Shown: positions 8,771 to 18,892, counted from the first letter of the stretch. The stretch: 64,000 nucleotides of DNA from Nitrospirota bacterium (GCA_963710375.1 CAVPZX010000005.1:64001-128000), one strand, 5' to 3'. The notes: generated by a model from the letters alone, not told the origin. Program-made: numbers and translations.

Positions 8771-8839
8771 GGCAAAATCTCCTTTGAAAACGACAGCAAA
8801 CACAGTTGTGTCACTGTCATTCCCGGCGGAGATTTTGCC
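8771..8839 (-). promoter_or_regulatory. Long RNA hairpin sequestering the RBS of ORF 8441-8770
   Basis: Perfect 12-bp GGCAAAATCTCC/GGAGATTTTGCC stem plus an inner stem completed by G-U pairs on the minus strand. Confidence 0.7.
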
Positions 8840-9306
8840 CTAGGCCCCCTTGAAGATCATCCCTGATCTCTTCGGCCCTCGATTATCATGGTGCCCGCCG
8901 TCAAGTCTCTCGCCGAAGGCGAGGATTAGCACCTATGATTCTACTCACCCGCTTCGCCGGACTTACGCTATGCTCGTGCTGCCGTTATTTCGGGCTTACT
9001 GCTCACTGCGAAACTTAGCTTAGCACATCGATGTCAAGGCATGCGTGAAAACGCCCCCACGGCCCGGCCCTGGCCGTTCTTTGATGTCCTCGCCGAGCCC
9101 CGAGGCGGCGCGGCCTAAGTACCGCCGATCAAGACATACCAGGATAAGGGCACCCCGCTTTTGATGCCCTTCCTGACCTTCTCCTCGCGTCCGCTTTCTT
9201 CTGATCTGGCCGTTTTCACGGGTTCCGGCCCCGATCTATGGTATTATGTTCTGCGACTGCGCTACTATACTGTCGCCGACATCGAACGAAAGGGGGGCTT
9301 GAGACG

Positions 9307-10788
9307 ATGGGAAAGCTTACGCCAAAGGGTAGAGGCTATGAGAAAGACGAGACGATACTAATCGGCGAACAAGATCGCAACAAGCAACCTCGCACCGGCC
9401 TTCCTGGGCGGATATACATCGACGGACAGTATGTCGAGCGGTGTCCCTACGTCGGCGGCCACACGTGGGTCGTCAACGACGAAAACGCGAAGTGGATATG
9501 CAAGGAGTGCGGCTATGTCCCGCCCGCATATCTGATCGATGTCGTGGATCACAAGACAGTCGTTGACATCATGGACAAAAAGACCGGCAAGCCGGTCCTT
9601 AACAAGGACGGCTCGCCTAAAAGGCGTTTTGCTCGTGTCCGCATTTTCAACGACGCCCTCGGCGTCCGTCTCACTTCATATAGACAGGCCCTTTACACTT
9701 TGGAGCAAGTCCGACATGAGATAGCCGCCGAGACATTCACCCCGGCAATATACTCCAAACGAGCCGCCAAAGAGTTGTACTTCGAGACGCTTTGCGACGA
9801 GCTTTTCACGCTGAAAAAAGCTCTTAAACGGCTGGCGCCTTCATATGTCAAAGACTATCGGCGCTACTGCTCGTCGCATAAGACATATTTCAGGGGCCGT
9901 CGAGTCGGCGACATCACGACAGCCGACATATCGAGCTACGAGGCATATCTAAGGACGCCGCCCGCCGAATGGTCCGACATATATATCAAGCGGTATATGG
10001 ACCACCTGAAAAGCGTCTTTCTCTGGCTGTACAGAGACAAGAAGGCGATAAAAGAAATGCCACGCTTCGAGAAGATCAAAGCCATGGCAGGAGCGGGCAC
10101 CGGCACTTACATGCCCGCTCCTGCACAAGCCGCCGTCCTCGCCATGATCGACAACGAAGCGGACCGGCAGTTTGTCCGGTTCCTGATGCTCCATGGCCGT
10201 AGGCCCAGCGAAGCAAGGGCCATGAAGAAGAAAAGCATCGTGCCGCTTGCCAAGACGATAACTATCAGCGAGCATTTTTCCGGCAACACCATTGTCCCCG
10301 GCGTCAAAAGCCGCGTTGAACAGCAGGTCATACCGATGCACCCGGAGATGGCCGGATGGCTCATTGCCCGTTGGGACGGGCTTGACGATCCAGAGGCGTT
10401 TATATTCGTCAATCCTCACGCTAACGGCGGACGTGGCGGCCATATCGACGAAAACAGCCGTCGTCCGTACACTGCGGATGCGGCATACAAGCTGTGGCGA
10501 CGAGTTCGCAAAGCCTGCAAGCTCCCTCAAAGTATGCGGATGTACGATGCCACCAGACACAGTGCGGGTACGCAGATGTCGCAAGCGGGGTTGAGTGCGA
10601 AGTCGATCTCAATGCTCCTCGGCAACACGCCCGCAACGGCCTCGAAGCACTATATACATGACGATCTCGAACACGCGCGCGAATGCCTCTCGGTGCTGAC
10701 AACGGAAGCCCCGAAGAAGGCCCCGAAACTCACAGTTGTCAGTAAAGTGTCAGTAGGGGGTAAGGGTCGTCCGCAAAGCAAGGAATGA
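9307..10788 (+). CDS. int: Tyrosine recombinase/integrase
   Basis: HGRRPSEARA (Arg I), YDATRHS (Arg II), LLGNT, KHYIH (Tyr); abuts the att site. Confidence 0.9.
   Translation: MGKLTPKGRGYEKDETILIGEQDRNKQPRTGLPGRIYIDGQYVERCPYVGGHTWVVNDENAKWICKECGYVPPAYLIDVVDHKTVVDIMDKKTGKPVLNKDGSPKRRFARVRIFNDALGVRLTSYRQALYTLEQVRHEIAAETFTPAIYSKRAAKELYFETLCDELFTLKKALKRLAPSYVKDYRRYCSSHKTYFRGRRVGDITTADISSYEAYLRTPPAEWSDIYIKRYMDHLKSVFLWLYRDKKAIKEMPRFEKIKAMAGAGTGTYMPAPAQAAVLAMIDNEADRQFVRFLMLHGRRPSEARAMKKKSIVPLAKTITISEHFSGNTIVPGVKSRVEQQVIPMHPEMAGWLIARWDGLDDPEAFIFVNPHANGGRGGHIDENSRRPYTADAAYKLWRRVRKACKLPQSMRMYDATRHSAGTQMSQAGLSAKSISMLLGNTPATASKHYIHDDLEHARECLSVLTTEAPKKAPKLTVVSKVSVGGKGRPQSKE
10737..10755 (+). promoter_or_regulatory. 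Probable integrase arm-type sites
   Basis: TGTCAGTA-aag-TGTCAGTA direct repeat about 55 bp from the att core. Confidence 0.5.
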
Positions 10789-10809
10789 CGCGGGTTCGCA
10801 AAAGGCAAC

Positions 10810-10834
10810 GCGGGTTCGAGTCCCGCCTTCGGCA
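10810..10834 (+). repeat. att core: duplicated tRNA 3' end (T-arm plus acceptor strand, tRNA-Leu-like)
   Basis: GCGGGTTCGAGTCCCGCCTTCGGCA with no tRNA 5' half; composition changes immediately after. Confidence 0.85.
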
Positions 10835-10985
10835 TATTTTATTTTCCGGCTAATTGAAAACGCCTGCCGAAATTATCCCAATTCCGAAGAAAAAGAAGCA
10901 CGCAGAGTCTGAGCAGACCTGACGTATTTATTATACTGTGCTAAAATTACATCAGACTGCCATAAATTTAAGGGGGGAATGACAC

Positions 10986-11186
10986 ATGTTAAGCACCGTT
11001 AAAATAAAAATTACACCAAAGGAACTGATAGACGCTGTAAAAGAGATGAAGAAAAAAGAAAGGGATGCCTTTCTGGAAGACCTTCTTGCTTCCACATCGC
11101 CGGAATATCTTCAGAGCATCAAAGAGGCTAGGGCCGATTATAAAGCCGGCAGAACGAAAACGCATACAGAGGTTTTCGGTAATTGA
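10986..11186 (+). CDS. Putative type II antitoxin
   Basis: 66 aa ending SPEYLQSIKEARADYKAGRTKTHTEVF; overlaps a RelE-like start. Confidence 0.7.
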   Translation: MLSTVKIKITPKELIDAVKEMKKKERDAFLEDLLASTSPEYLQSIKEARADYKAGRTKTHTEVFGN

Positions 11187-11314
11187 GCTATGAGTTCGTT
11201 TATACCCGCAGGGCTGATAGAGATATTCAAAAGCTCGATGAGTTAACAAAGAAGCGAATCGGTAAAACCCTCCTTAGATATGGCGAAGACCCTAAAAACA
11301 AAGTTCTTACTTAA
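11183..11314 (+). pseudogene. Truncated RelE/ParE-family toxin
   Basis: TTG start; SYEFVYTRRADRDIQKLDELTKKRIGKTL then early stop; C-terminal half absent. Confidence 0.7.
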
Positions 11315-11549
11315 ACAATAAAGTTCTTACATATTGGCTGGGTCCGCACTGTTATCCGCAGACACGAAGGTCGTGTCAGACAAAATCCTATGCTTTTTTA
11401 GGCTATTTCCTACATAAATATCGGTCACAGACTGATTCCATAAGAGTTCCTGATGTTTTAGACTTGTAACGATTACATATGCAGAAGGCAGGCTGATATT
11501 GGTCTTTCAATCAATTAAGAATTTGAATTATTTAATAAGGAGGAGTGCC

Positions 11550-11873
11550 ATGTTAATGAATTTAAAAACTGATGGAACTGTTAAATCCAGTATTAAGAAA
11601 AAAGCACCGGGTGCACAGATTAAAGTACTCGCAGAAGCAATATTATTACAGTCAATGGAAGATCTGTGGATCGATGAAGAAAGATCAAACTGCATAGACT
11701 TTTTTAGCGGAGAAGGGTTTCGAGTTTGTTCAGAAATCGCCGGGATGAATTCTGATGACAAGGTAAAAATACTGAATATGGTCGGAGATATTACTTTTCA
11801 AAATGCACGGAAAAACAAAAAACATAGAGTTATAAGAGCTGATCGGGGTGAGGTTTATGAACTTGTAGGATGA
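11550..11873 (+). CDS. Hypothetical protein
   Basis: AGGAGG RBS; LAEAILLQSMEDLW...CIDFFSGEGF. Confidence 0.65.
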   Translation: MLMNLKTDGTVKSSIKKKAPGAQIKVLAEAILLQSMEDLWIDEERSNCIDFFSGEGFRVCSEIAGMNSDDKVKILNMVGDITFQNARKNKKHRVIRADRGEVYELVG

Positions 11874-11997
11874 AATATAAAAACAGTTTGGAGGCATACG
11901 ATGGCCTGTCCTTTTTAAAAGGAGTTTATGCAGGTCATTTCAGTGCATGTGATTTTCCTTATAGTCCGCGCATCACCCAAAAATAATTGAGGCCGAA

Positions 11998-12651
11998 TTG
12001 AAATTGAATCTGGAACAGTTGCATGACCTGTGTATAAGACAGCAGCACTTGAGAGAGAAGGAGCGGGCGAACGTGGCCCGTCAAATACATGACGAACTGG
12101 GGCAGATAATGGCTGCGGTGAGAATGAATGTAGCGTGGATACAAATGGAGTGTCCCGACCACAAAGGGATTGTTGAGAAGTCATCTGAAATTTTAGAGCT
12201 TATCGACGGTACTATAAAATCTATCAGGAGGATATGCACGGAACTGCGGCCGGATGTGCTGGACCATCTGGGGCTCGGGGCTGCAATCGAGTGGGAGGCC
12301 GCAGAATTCGCTAAAAGGTCGGGAATTCCGTGCGAAGTTAGTGTGGAAGAGGGCTTTCAGATGGACGGCGACCGCTCCATTGCCCTGTTCAGGATATTTC
12401 AGGAGGCATTGACAAATATACTGCGCCATTCAAATTCAACAAAAGTAACGGCAAGCCTGGAAGAAGAAGATAATAAGATAATACTTGAAATCACAGATAA
12501 CGGCAAAGGAATTACTGAAGAAGAGATTTCAAACCCTAACTCCTTCGGGCTTTTAGGCATGCGTGAACGTGTCTATCCATGGGGAGGAAGCGTCAATATT
12601 AGCAGCCCAAACAAAGGCACCAGAATCGAAGTAATCTTACCACAAGGATAA
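11998..12651 (+). CDS. HisKA_3 (NarX/UhpB-type) histidine kinase core without sensor domain, possibly truncated
   Basis: ERANVARQIHDELGQ H-box, QEALTNILRHS, DNGKG, FGLLGMRER; no clear RBS. Confidence 0.75.
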   Translation: MKLNLEQLHDLCIRQQHLREKERANVARQIHDELGQIMAAVRMNVAWIQMECPDHKGIVEKSSEILELIDGTIKSIRRICTELRPDVLDHLGLGAAIEWEAAEFAKRSGIPCEVSVEEGFQMDGDRSIALFRIFQEALTNILRHSNSTKVTASLEEEDNKIILEITDNGKGITEEEISNPNSFGLLGMRERVYPWGGSVNISSPNKGTRIEVILPQG

Positions 12652-12813
12652 ACCGGGCTATTCAAAGCTTTCCCTCCCGACCGCTACAAATCTCTTATTT
12701 GTCCATGATATACTCTTTAATGTTTTGGTAATGTCGCCCGTAAGTTGACGCCTGTAAACAGCTGCTATAATTTATGCACTTGTCACGATAGATTCCAGGA
12801 TTGAGGAGATTGA

Positions 12814-14046
12814 GTGAAGGAAAGCAAACTGCTTTCAAAAAGAGATATTGAGAAGGTCAGCGGTTTTTTTGGCTTCGGAAAGAATGTCATTGTTGCCGGA
12901 CTAGTCAGTTTCTTCATGGACATAAGCTCTGAGATGATCTACCCTATTGTTCCGCTTTTTCTTGCAAGCGTCCTAGGGGTTAACAAGTCGGTCATAGGTC
13001 TTATAGAGGGTATTGCAGAATCGACCGCAAGTCTGGTCAAGGTTGTCTCCGGCTGGTTCTCGGATAGGATGGGAAATCGCAAGTGGCTGATGGCTGCCGG
13101 ATATGGAATATCAACATTAAGCAGGCCGATTGTTGCGCTTGCTACAGGTTGGCACCATGTTATGGGCTCTCGCTTTTTGGACAGATTCGGCAAGGGGGTC
13201 CGCACCGCTCCCCGAGACGCCATTATTGCAGAGTCTGCAGACAAATCATATCTCGGGAAAACATTCGGATTTCAGCGGTCGATGGATTCTATGGGCGCTG
13301 TAGTAGGGCCAGCGCTGGCCTTTTTTCTGCTGGGAATTCTTTCAAACGATTATAGAAAGATATTCTGGCTCTCAATGATACCGGGAGTCGTTGCTGTGCT
13401 GCTGATAATATTTTTCATCAGAGAAAAGAGGAAGTTTGTTACTGTTCATTCACCTAGGCCGAAACTGACACTCAGACAATTTGACGGGAAGTTCAAGTTT
13501 TTTGTTATTATCGCAGCCTTGTTTGCCGTCGGTAATTCGAGTGACATGTTTTTGATCCTCAGGGCCCAACAGGTTGGTGTTTCAACAGTGATGATCCCTA
13601 TGGTCTATCTGTTGTTCAACCTGGTCTATTCACTTTCGTCTATTCCTGCCGGCATGGCAGCTGACCGGTTCGGCAAGGATCGGATCATCCTCCTGGGATT
13701 TATCTTGTTTGCACTCCTGTATTATGGATTTGCAGTAGCCCAGGACACAAAGACAATCTGGTTCCTTTTCTCACTATACGGACTTTTCATGGGCCTCACT
13801 GACGGCGTTCAGAGAGCCTTTCTTGCTACAATCATTCCCGTGGATTTTATGGCGACTGCCTTCGGATTCTACAATACTGTTGTGGGCCTTGCCATGCTCC
13901 CTGCAAGCTTCATCGGAGGATGGCTTTGGGACCGGGTCTCACCGTCTGCCACATTTTATTTCGGGGCAGCTACGGCAGCGGCGTCTGCTGTATTGTTTAT
14001 AGTGCTCATAACAGTATTCAAAAGAAGGGATGCAACGCAGCCTTAG
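12814..14046 (+). CDS. MFS transporter
   Basis: DISSEMIYP, GWFSDRMG, DRFGKGVRTAPRDA; 12-TM pattern. Confidence 0.9.
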   Translation: MKESKLLSKRDIEKVSGFFGFGKNVIVAGLVSFFMDISSEMIYPIVPLFLASVLGVNKSVIGLIEGIAESTASLVKVVSGWFSDRMGNRKWLMAAGYGISTLSRPIVALATGWHHVMGSRFLDRFGKGVRTAPRDAIIAESADKSYLGKTFGFQRSMDSMGAVVGPALAFFLLGILSNDYRKIFWLSMIPGVVAVLLIIFFIREKRKFVTVHSPRPKLTLRQFDGKFKFFVIIAALFAVGNSSDMFLILRAQQVGVSTVMIPMVYLLFNLVYSLSSIPAGMAADRFGKDRIILLGFILFALLYYGFAVAQDTKTIWFLFSLYGLFMGLTDGVQRAFLATIIPVDFMATAFGFYNTVVGLAMLPASFIGGWLWDRVSPSATFYFGAATAAASAVLFIVLITVFKRRDATQP

Positions 14047-14148
14047 AGGAACAGCCCTTACTCTTTTCAATCTTTTATTTGACCCCGAAGTTTTAATCAT
14101 TGTAAACTTCTTTGTTACGCAAATCGCACTTTTCACGGGGGAATCATT

Positions 14149-15315
14149 ATGAAAAAAAAAGTATTTCTAACGGTCGCCATATTTTTGATGGGACTTGTCC
14201 TTGCAGGATGTCAAAAAGTAAACGATAACACTATCAAGGTCGGTTTGATAGCAGAATTGACAGGCGATATGCCGGCTGTTGGCGCATCATGCAAGAACGC
14301 GGCTCAAATGGCTGTCAAAGAAATTAATGACGCGGGAGGTATAGACCTCGCCGGCAAGAAATACAAAGTAGAACTCTTTATTGAGGACAGCGCCGGCAAG
14401 CCTGACCAGGCGGCGTCATCTGCGCAAAAGCTGATTACTGAGCAGGGGGTCTTGGCGATAGTCGGCCCGAATTCCAGCAGCAATGCCATTCCCGCGTCCG
14501 AAATTGCTGAAAGTTCAAAGGTAGTTCTTATAACCCCATGGTCTACGAACCCTAAGACTACCCTTGACGCAAAAACCGGAGCGCCTAAGAAATTCGTTTT
14601 CCGCGCTGCCTTTATTGACCCATTCCAGGGCCGTGTACTGGCGAAATTCGCCTTAGATACCATGAAGGCCAAGAAGGCGGCGGTTCTCTATGACGTTGCC
14701 TCTGACTACAACAAAGGCATCGCTGAATTCTTCAAAACAACATTTGAAGAAAACGGTGGAAAGGTCGTAGCCTTCGAATCTTACACTACAAATGACAAGG
14801 ATTTTTCAGCGCAGTTGACCAAAATCAAGAACGCTTCACCGGACGTGATCTTCCTGCCGAACTATTATAATGAGGTGCCGTTGCAGGTCCAGCAGGCCCA
14901 CAGGCTCGGAATGGAAATGCCTTTCCTCGGCAGCGATTCATGGGGCAGCCAGGACCTGGTCAAGCTCTGCGGCAAGGATTGCGAGGGATATTATTTCAGC
15001 ACCCACTATTCAGCCGAATCCGCTGCGCCTGCCGCTAAAAAATTCATTCAGTCTTATGATGCGATTTATGGCAAGACACCTGATGACGTGGCTGCTTTGA
15101 CATACGACTCCTTTGGGCTTCTTCGTCAGGCACTCAGCATTGCGGGCAAACTTGACCGCCAGGCGCTGCGCGATGCTCTTTCAAAAATTCCGGCCTACGA
15201 TGGTGTCACAGGAAAGATGCAATTCAAGGAAGGTTCAGGAGACCCGATTAAAAGCGCTGTTATATTGCAGATAAAAGACGGGAAATTCGTCTGGTTCGCC
15301 AATGCCCAGCCATAG
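14149..15315 (+). CDS. livK: Branched-chain amino acid ABC transporter substrate-binding lipoprotein
   Basis: LAGC lipobox; periplasmic binding protein motifs; operon context. Confidence 0.88.
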   Translation: MKKKVFLTVAIFLMGLVLAGCQKVNDNTIKVGLIAELTGDMPAVGASCKNAAQMAVKEINDAGGIDLAGKKYKVELFIEDSAGKPDQAASSAQKLITEQGVLAIVGPNSSSNAIPASEIAESSKVVLITPWSTNPKTTLDAKTGAPKKFVFRAAFIDPFQGRVLAKFALDTMKAKKAAVLYDVASDYNKGIAEFFKTTFEENGGKVVAFESYTTNDKDFSAQLTKIKNASPDVIFLPNYYNEVPLQVQQAHRLGMEMPFLGSDSWGSQDLVKLCGKDCEGYYFSTHYSAESAAPAAKKFIQSYDAIYGKTPDDVAALTYDSFGLLRQALSIAGKLDRQALRDALSKIPAYDGVTGKMQFKEGSGDPIKSAVILQIKDGKFVWFANAQP

Positions 15316-15519
15316 GGCTCGCGAATGAATAACTTGTGCATTCAGGCGCTCAGATTTGGGTCAGATTTGGCTGATCCGATTGAGCAAAACCGCAAGCGTA
15401 GCACAGCTACGTTCTGCCCCAAAAAATCTAGCGATTTTTCGGGGACCCCGAAAAGTCGGCAGACTTTTGGGGGTATCTATGTGATGCATCAATGTACAAG
15501 TTATTTATTCGAGAGCCCT
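15314..15519. mobile_element. MITE/REP-like element with about 29-bp imperfect terminal inverted repeats
   Basis: AGGGCTCGCGAATGAATAACTTGTGCATT ... AATGTACAAGTTATTTATTCGAGAGCCCT; two internal CCCC...GGGG hairpins. Confidence 0.7.
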
Positions 15520-15533
15520 GAGGGGTCAAACGC

Positions 15534-16409
15534 TTGATATACATTTTTCAGCAGGCTCTCAATGCCCTTCAACTCGGCAGCATATACGCCCTTATAGCCC
15601 TTGGCTACACAATGGTTTACGGAATACTGTCGATGATCAACTTTGCTCACGGCGATTTCTTTATGGTAGGGGCGTTTTTGTGTTTCATTGTAGCGACTTT
15701 TATGCAGCTCCCTTTTGTGCCCGCTCTTCTCATATCAATGGCAGGCGTGGCTTTGCTTGGGGTGATCGTCGAGCGTGTAGCATACAAACCGCTCCGTCAG
15801 GCGCCAAGAGTTTCCGCTATCATAACGGCGCTCGGGGTCGGGATTTTCCTCGAAAATTTTACTCTCGCACTCAGTCCCTATCCGAAACATATCCCGGTGA
15901 TGATTGAGAACACCACGGTTTCACTCGGCGGCGTGACTATTTCATCCCTGCAGATAATAATTATTGTCCTGTCTGTAGTGCTGATGACGTTTCTGCACTT
16001 CATTGTGCAGCATACAAAAGTGGGGATGGCCATGCGCGCCATTGCATGGGACAAAAGCGTGGCGCCTCTTATGGGGGTGCCTGTAAACTACATAATTTCT
16101 ATCACCTTTGCATTGGGCAGCGGTCTCGGCGGAGTGGCCGGTATGCTATACGGTATGGCATACCCTGTCATAGACCCATATATGGGGATAATCGTTGGAT
16201 GGAAGGCATTCATTTCAGCAGTAATTGGGGGGATCGGGAATATCCGCGGGGCAATGGTCGGCGCGTATATCCTAGGTTCCGTGGAAGTGCTGGTTGCAGC
16301 TTTCTTACCATCCACTTATCGCGATTTCGTGGCATTCTCCCTCTTGCTTATCCTGCTGATCTTCAGGCCATACGGCATTTTCGGAAAACCGAGAACGCAA
16401 AAAGTATGA
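15534..16409 (+). CDS. livH: BCAA ABC permease
   Basis: GSIYALIALGYTMVYG...INFAHG. Confidence 0.92.
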   Translation: MIYIFQQALNALQLGSIYALIALGYTMVYGILSMINFAHGDFFMVGAFLCFIVATFMQLPFVPALLISMAGVALLGVIVERVAYKPLRQAPRVSAIITALGVGIFLENFTLALSPYPKHIPVMIENTTVSLGGVTISSLQIIIIVLSVVLMTFLHFIVQHTKVGMAMRAIAWDKSVAPLMGVPVNYIISITFALGSGLGGVAGMLYGMAYPVIDPYMGIIVGWKAFISAVIGGIGNIRGAMVGAYILGSVEVLVAAFLPSTYRDFVAFSLLLILLIFRPYGIFGKPRTQKV

Positions 16410-16416
16410 GGAAATA

Positions 16417-17412
16417 ATGCCGCAGGGCGCAGCAATAAAGAGCAAAGTATCAGGACAACTGGTCGTGCCGGTATTTATTGCAACCGGGTTTGCCGCCTCT
16501 TTTGCCATTCCGTATTTCCACCTCCTGAACGAGTATGTTCAGCTCATCCTTATGTACATGGGCATTAATATCATACTTGCCCTGAGTCTCAATCTTGTCA
16601 ACGGTTATATGGGCGAATTTTCCGTGGGGCATGCCGGATTCATGTCGGCAGGGGCATATATCGCTTCGGTTCTCACCGTTAAAGTCTTCCCTCCCGGTAC
16701 AGAGGCATTGCTGTTCCCTTTGGCAGTCATTGCCGGCGGGACCGGGGCAGCGCTCCTGGGCCTGATCGTAGCAATTCCATCATTCAGAACACGTGGGGAT
16801 TATCTTGCCATTGTAACACTCGCTTTTGTAATGATTGTAAAGTCGGCCCTTGAGAATATCGATGCTGTCGGCGGAGCCCGCGGTTTTCTTGGAATGAGCA
16901 AGATAACCACTTTGCCGTGGGTTTTCTTCTGGATGGTTTTGACAGTCTGGATTATCAGAAATTTTATTTACTCGAATTATGGCAGGGGGGTGCTTTCTAT
17001 CCGTGAAGACGAGATAGCAAGCGGCCTTATGAGCGTTAACACACGGCAGGTCAAACTCCTTGCATTCACGGTTTCATCATTCTTCGCAGGTGTGGCAGGC
17101 GCGCTGTTCGCCCATGTCCTGCAGTTCATAAACCCCCGCATGTTCGATATAATCAAATCGACCGACATGCTCGTAATGGTATATCTGGGCGGCATAGGTT
17201 CCATTGCCGGCTCTATACTCGGGGCTTCTGCCTTTACTGTTCTTCTGGAAATATTGAGACCGCTTCAGGTATGGCGTATGGTGCTTATGCCCCTGATGCT
17301 CGTTCTTTTAATGATATTCCGTCCTCGTGGAATCATGGGATTGCGTGAGGTTCCATTGTTTGTTCCTTTATCTGACAGGTTAAACAGTACTGATAAAGAG
17401 AAGCCTGTATGA
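16417..17412 (+). CDS. livM: BCAA ABC permease
   Basis: SLNLVNGYMGEFSVGHAGF, RGDYLAIVTL. Confidence 0.92.
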   Translation: MPQGAAIKSKVSGQLVVPVFIATGFAASFAIPYFHLLNEYVQLILMYMGINIILALSLNLVNGYMGEFSVGHAGFMSAGAYIASVLTVKVFPPGTEALLFPLAVIAGGTGAALLGLIVAIPSFRTRGDYLAIVTLAFVMIVKSALENIDAVGGARGFLGMSKITTLPWVFFWMVLTVWIIRNFIYSNYGRGVLSIREDEIASGLMSVNTRQVKLLAFTVSSFFAGVAGALFAHVLQFINPRMFDIIKSTDMLVMVYLGGIGSIAGSILGASAFTVLLEILRPLQVWRMVLMPLMLVLLMIFRPRGIMGLREVPLFVPLSDRLNSTDKEKPV

Positions 17413-18179
17413 CGCTGCTAAAGGCAAACAGTGTCACACATTATTTCGGCGGACTTTGCGCAGTATCGGATTTTAATTTAGAACTCAGGCGCGGTGAACT
17501 GCTTGGAATAATCGGCCCCAACGGAGCAGGCAAAACAACGGTGTTCAATATAATAACCGGCGTTTATCGTGCTGCCGAAGGGAGTATTTCTTTTGACGGT
17601 ACGGAGATCATCGGCAAAACGCCCGACCGTATCGCCGCTCTGGGTATTGCACGGACTTTCCAGAACATCAGGCTTTTTAACGAGCTTCCCGTGCTTGATA
17701 ACATACGTATTGCCCATTATGGGGGATCCGTCTACAGCCCTTTTGAGGCCTTGTTTCATACAGGGCGCTACAAAGCTGAGGAAAGACGCATAAGGGAACA
17801 CTCAATGGAACTGCTGTCCCTTTTTAAAATGGACAGCCTCGCTGATACGACAGCTAAGAATTTGCCTTACGGGCAGCAAAGAAGACTTGAGATAGTCAGG
17901 GCCCTTGCTACAGGCCCGTTATTGCTGCTCCTCGACGAGCCTGCCGCTGGCATGAATCCCCGCGAGGTCGATCAATTGACAGACTTTATCCATTGGATAC
18001 GGGACAAATTCAAACTCACCATTATCCTTATAGAGCACCAGATGCGCCTCGCCATGGGCATATGTGAGAGGCTCATGGTGCTGGATTTCGGGGCTGTCAT
18101 AGCTGTGGGCCCACCGGCAATGATACAAAAAGATCCAGGGGTGCTGGAAGCCTATCTTGGAGAAAAGGTTCAGGAATGA
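17409..18179 (+). CDS. livG: BCAA ABC ATPase
   Basis: [36 protein letters not shown]. Confidence 0.93.
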   Translation: MTLLKANSVTHYFGGLCAVSDFNLELRRGELLGIIGPNGAGKTTVFNIITGVYRAAEGSISFDGTEIIGKTPDRIAALGIARTFQNIRLFNELPVLDNIRIAHYGGSVYSPFEALFHTGRYKAEERRIREHSMELLSLFKMDSLADTTAKNLPYGQQRRLEIVRALATGPLLLLLDEPAAGMNPREVDQLTDFIHWIRDKFKLTIILIEHQMRLAMGICERLMVLDFGAVIAVGPPAMIQKDPGVLEAYLGEKVQE

Positions 18180-18892
18180 GTACAAAAGAGGGGATGCTTG
18201 AGGTCAGGGATCTTGCGGTACAGTATGGCGCCATCAGCGCGGTAAAAGGGATTTCATTTGGAGTGCATGCTGGTGAAATAGTTACGCTTATCGGCGCAAA
18301 CGGAGCAGGAAAGACATCGGCGCTGAATGCCATTTCAGGTACGGTATCTTACACCGGCACTATATTTTACAAGGGTCAAAACCTGAGGGGCGTCCCTCCC
18401 CATAGGATCGTTGCTATGGGGATTGCCCACGTGCCGGAAGGCCGCGGTATCTTCGGAAATCTTACGGTCATGGAAAACCTCAGGATTGCCACATGGCAGC
18501 GCAAAGACAAGGCCGGGGTCAGGAATGATTTCCAGCGGGTCTTTGAGTTCTTTCCGCGCCTAAAGGAACGCGTGAATCAACCTGGCGGTACTCTCTCCGG
18601 CGGAGAGCAGCAGATGCTGGCAGTTGCAAGGGCCCTGATGAGCAACGGAACTATGCTGGTCCTTGATGAACCATCAATGGGCCTGTCCCCATTGATGGTC
18701 CAGGAAATTATGAATATCCTTTCGAGGATAAATAAAGAAGGGACCACTATCCTGCTTGTTGAACAGAATGCAAATATGGCCCTGCATATTGCATCCCGCG
18801 GGTATGTGCTCGAGACCGGAATCATCACTCTCTCGGGCACCGGACAGGAATTGAGAGGGAACCCCCTTGTCAGAGAGGCTTATCTAGGTTAG
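18176..18892 (+). CDS. livF: BCAA ABC ATPase
   Basis: GANGAGKT, VPEGRGIF, LSGGEQQML, DEPSMG. Confidence 0.93.
   Translation: MSTKEGMLEVRDLAVQYGAISAVKGISFGVHAGEIVTLIGANGAGKTSALNAISGTVSYTGTIFYKGQNLRGVPPHRIVAMGIAHVPEGRGIFGNLTVMENLRIATWQRKDKAGVRNDFQRVFEFFPRLKERVNQPGGTLSGGEQQMLAVARALMSNGTMLVLDEPSMGLSPLMVQEIMNILSRINKEGTTILLVEQNANMALHIASRGYVLETGIITLSGTGQELRGNPLVREAYLG

Larger units (their letters stand above)
1..10834. mobile_element. Integrative mobilizable element / genomic island inserted at a tRNA 3' end (left end outside window)
   Basis: Tyrosine integrase next to a tRNA 3'-end fragment; relaxase plus MobC; RepL-like and ParB-like genes; visibly higher GC than the DNA after 10840. Confidence 0.88.

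Noticed and set aside
8810..8845. c-di-GMP-I riboswitch (GGGCAAA start) in the element leader
   Set aside because: Lacks the GAAA tetraloop and GACGCAAA/P3 features
24..9441. 15-bp match CAGTATGTCGAGCGG at 24-38 and 9427-9441
   Set aside because: Both copies are inside coding sequence and not at element boundaries; plausible by chance
10760..10834. Complete tRNA gene
   Set aside because: Only T-arm and acceptor 3' strand are present; upstream bases are integrase CDS, so it is an att copy
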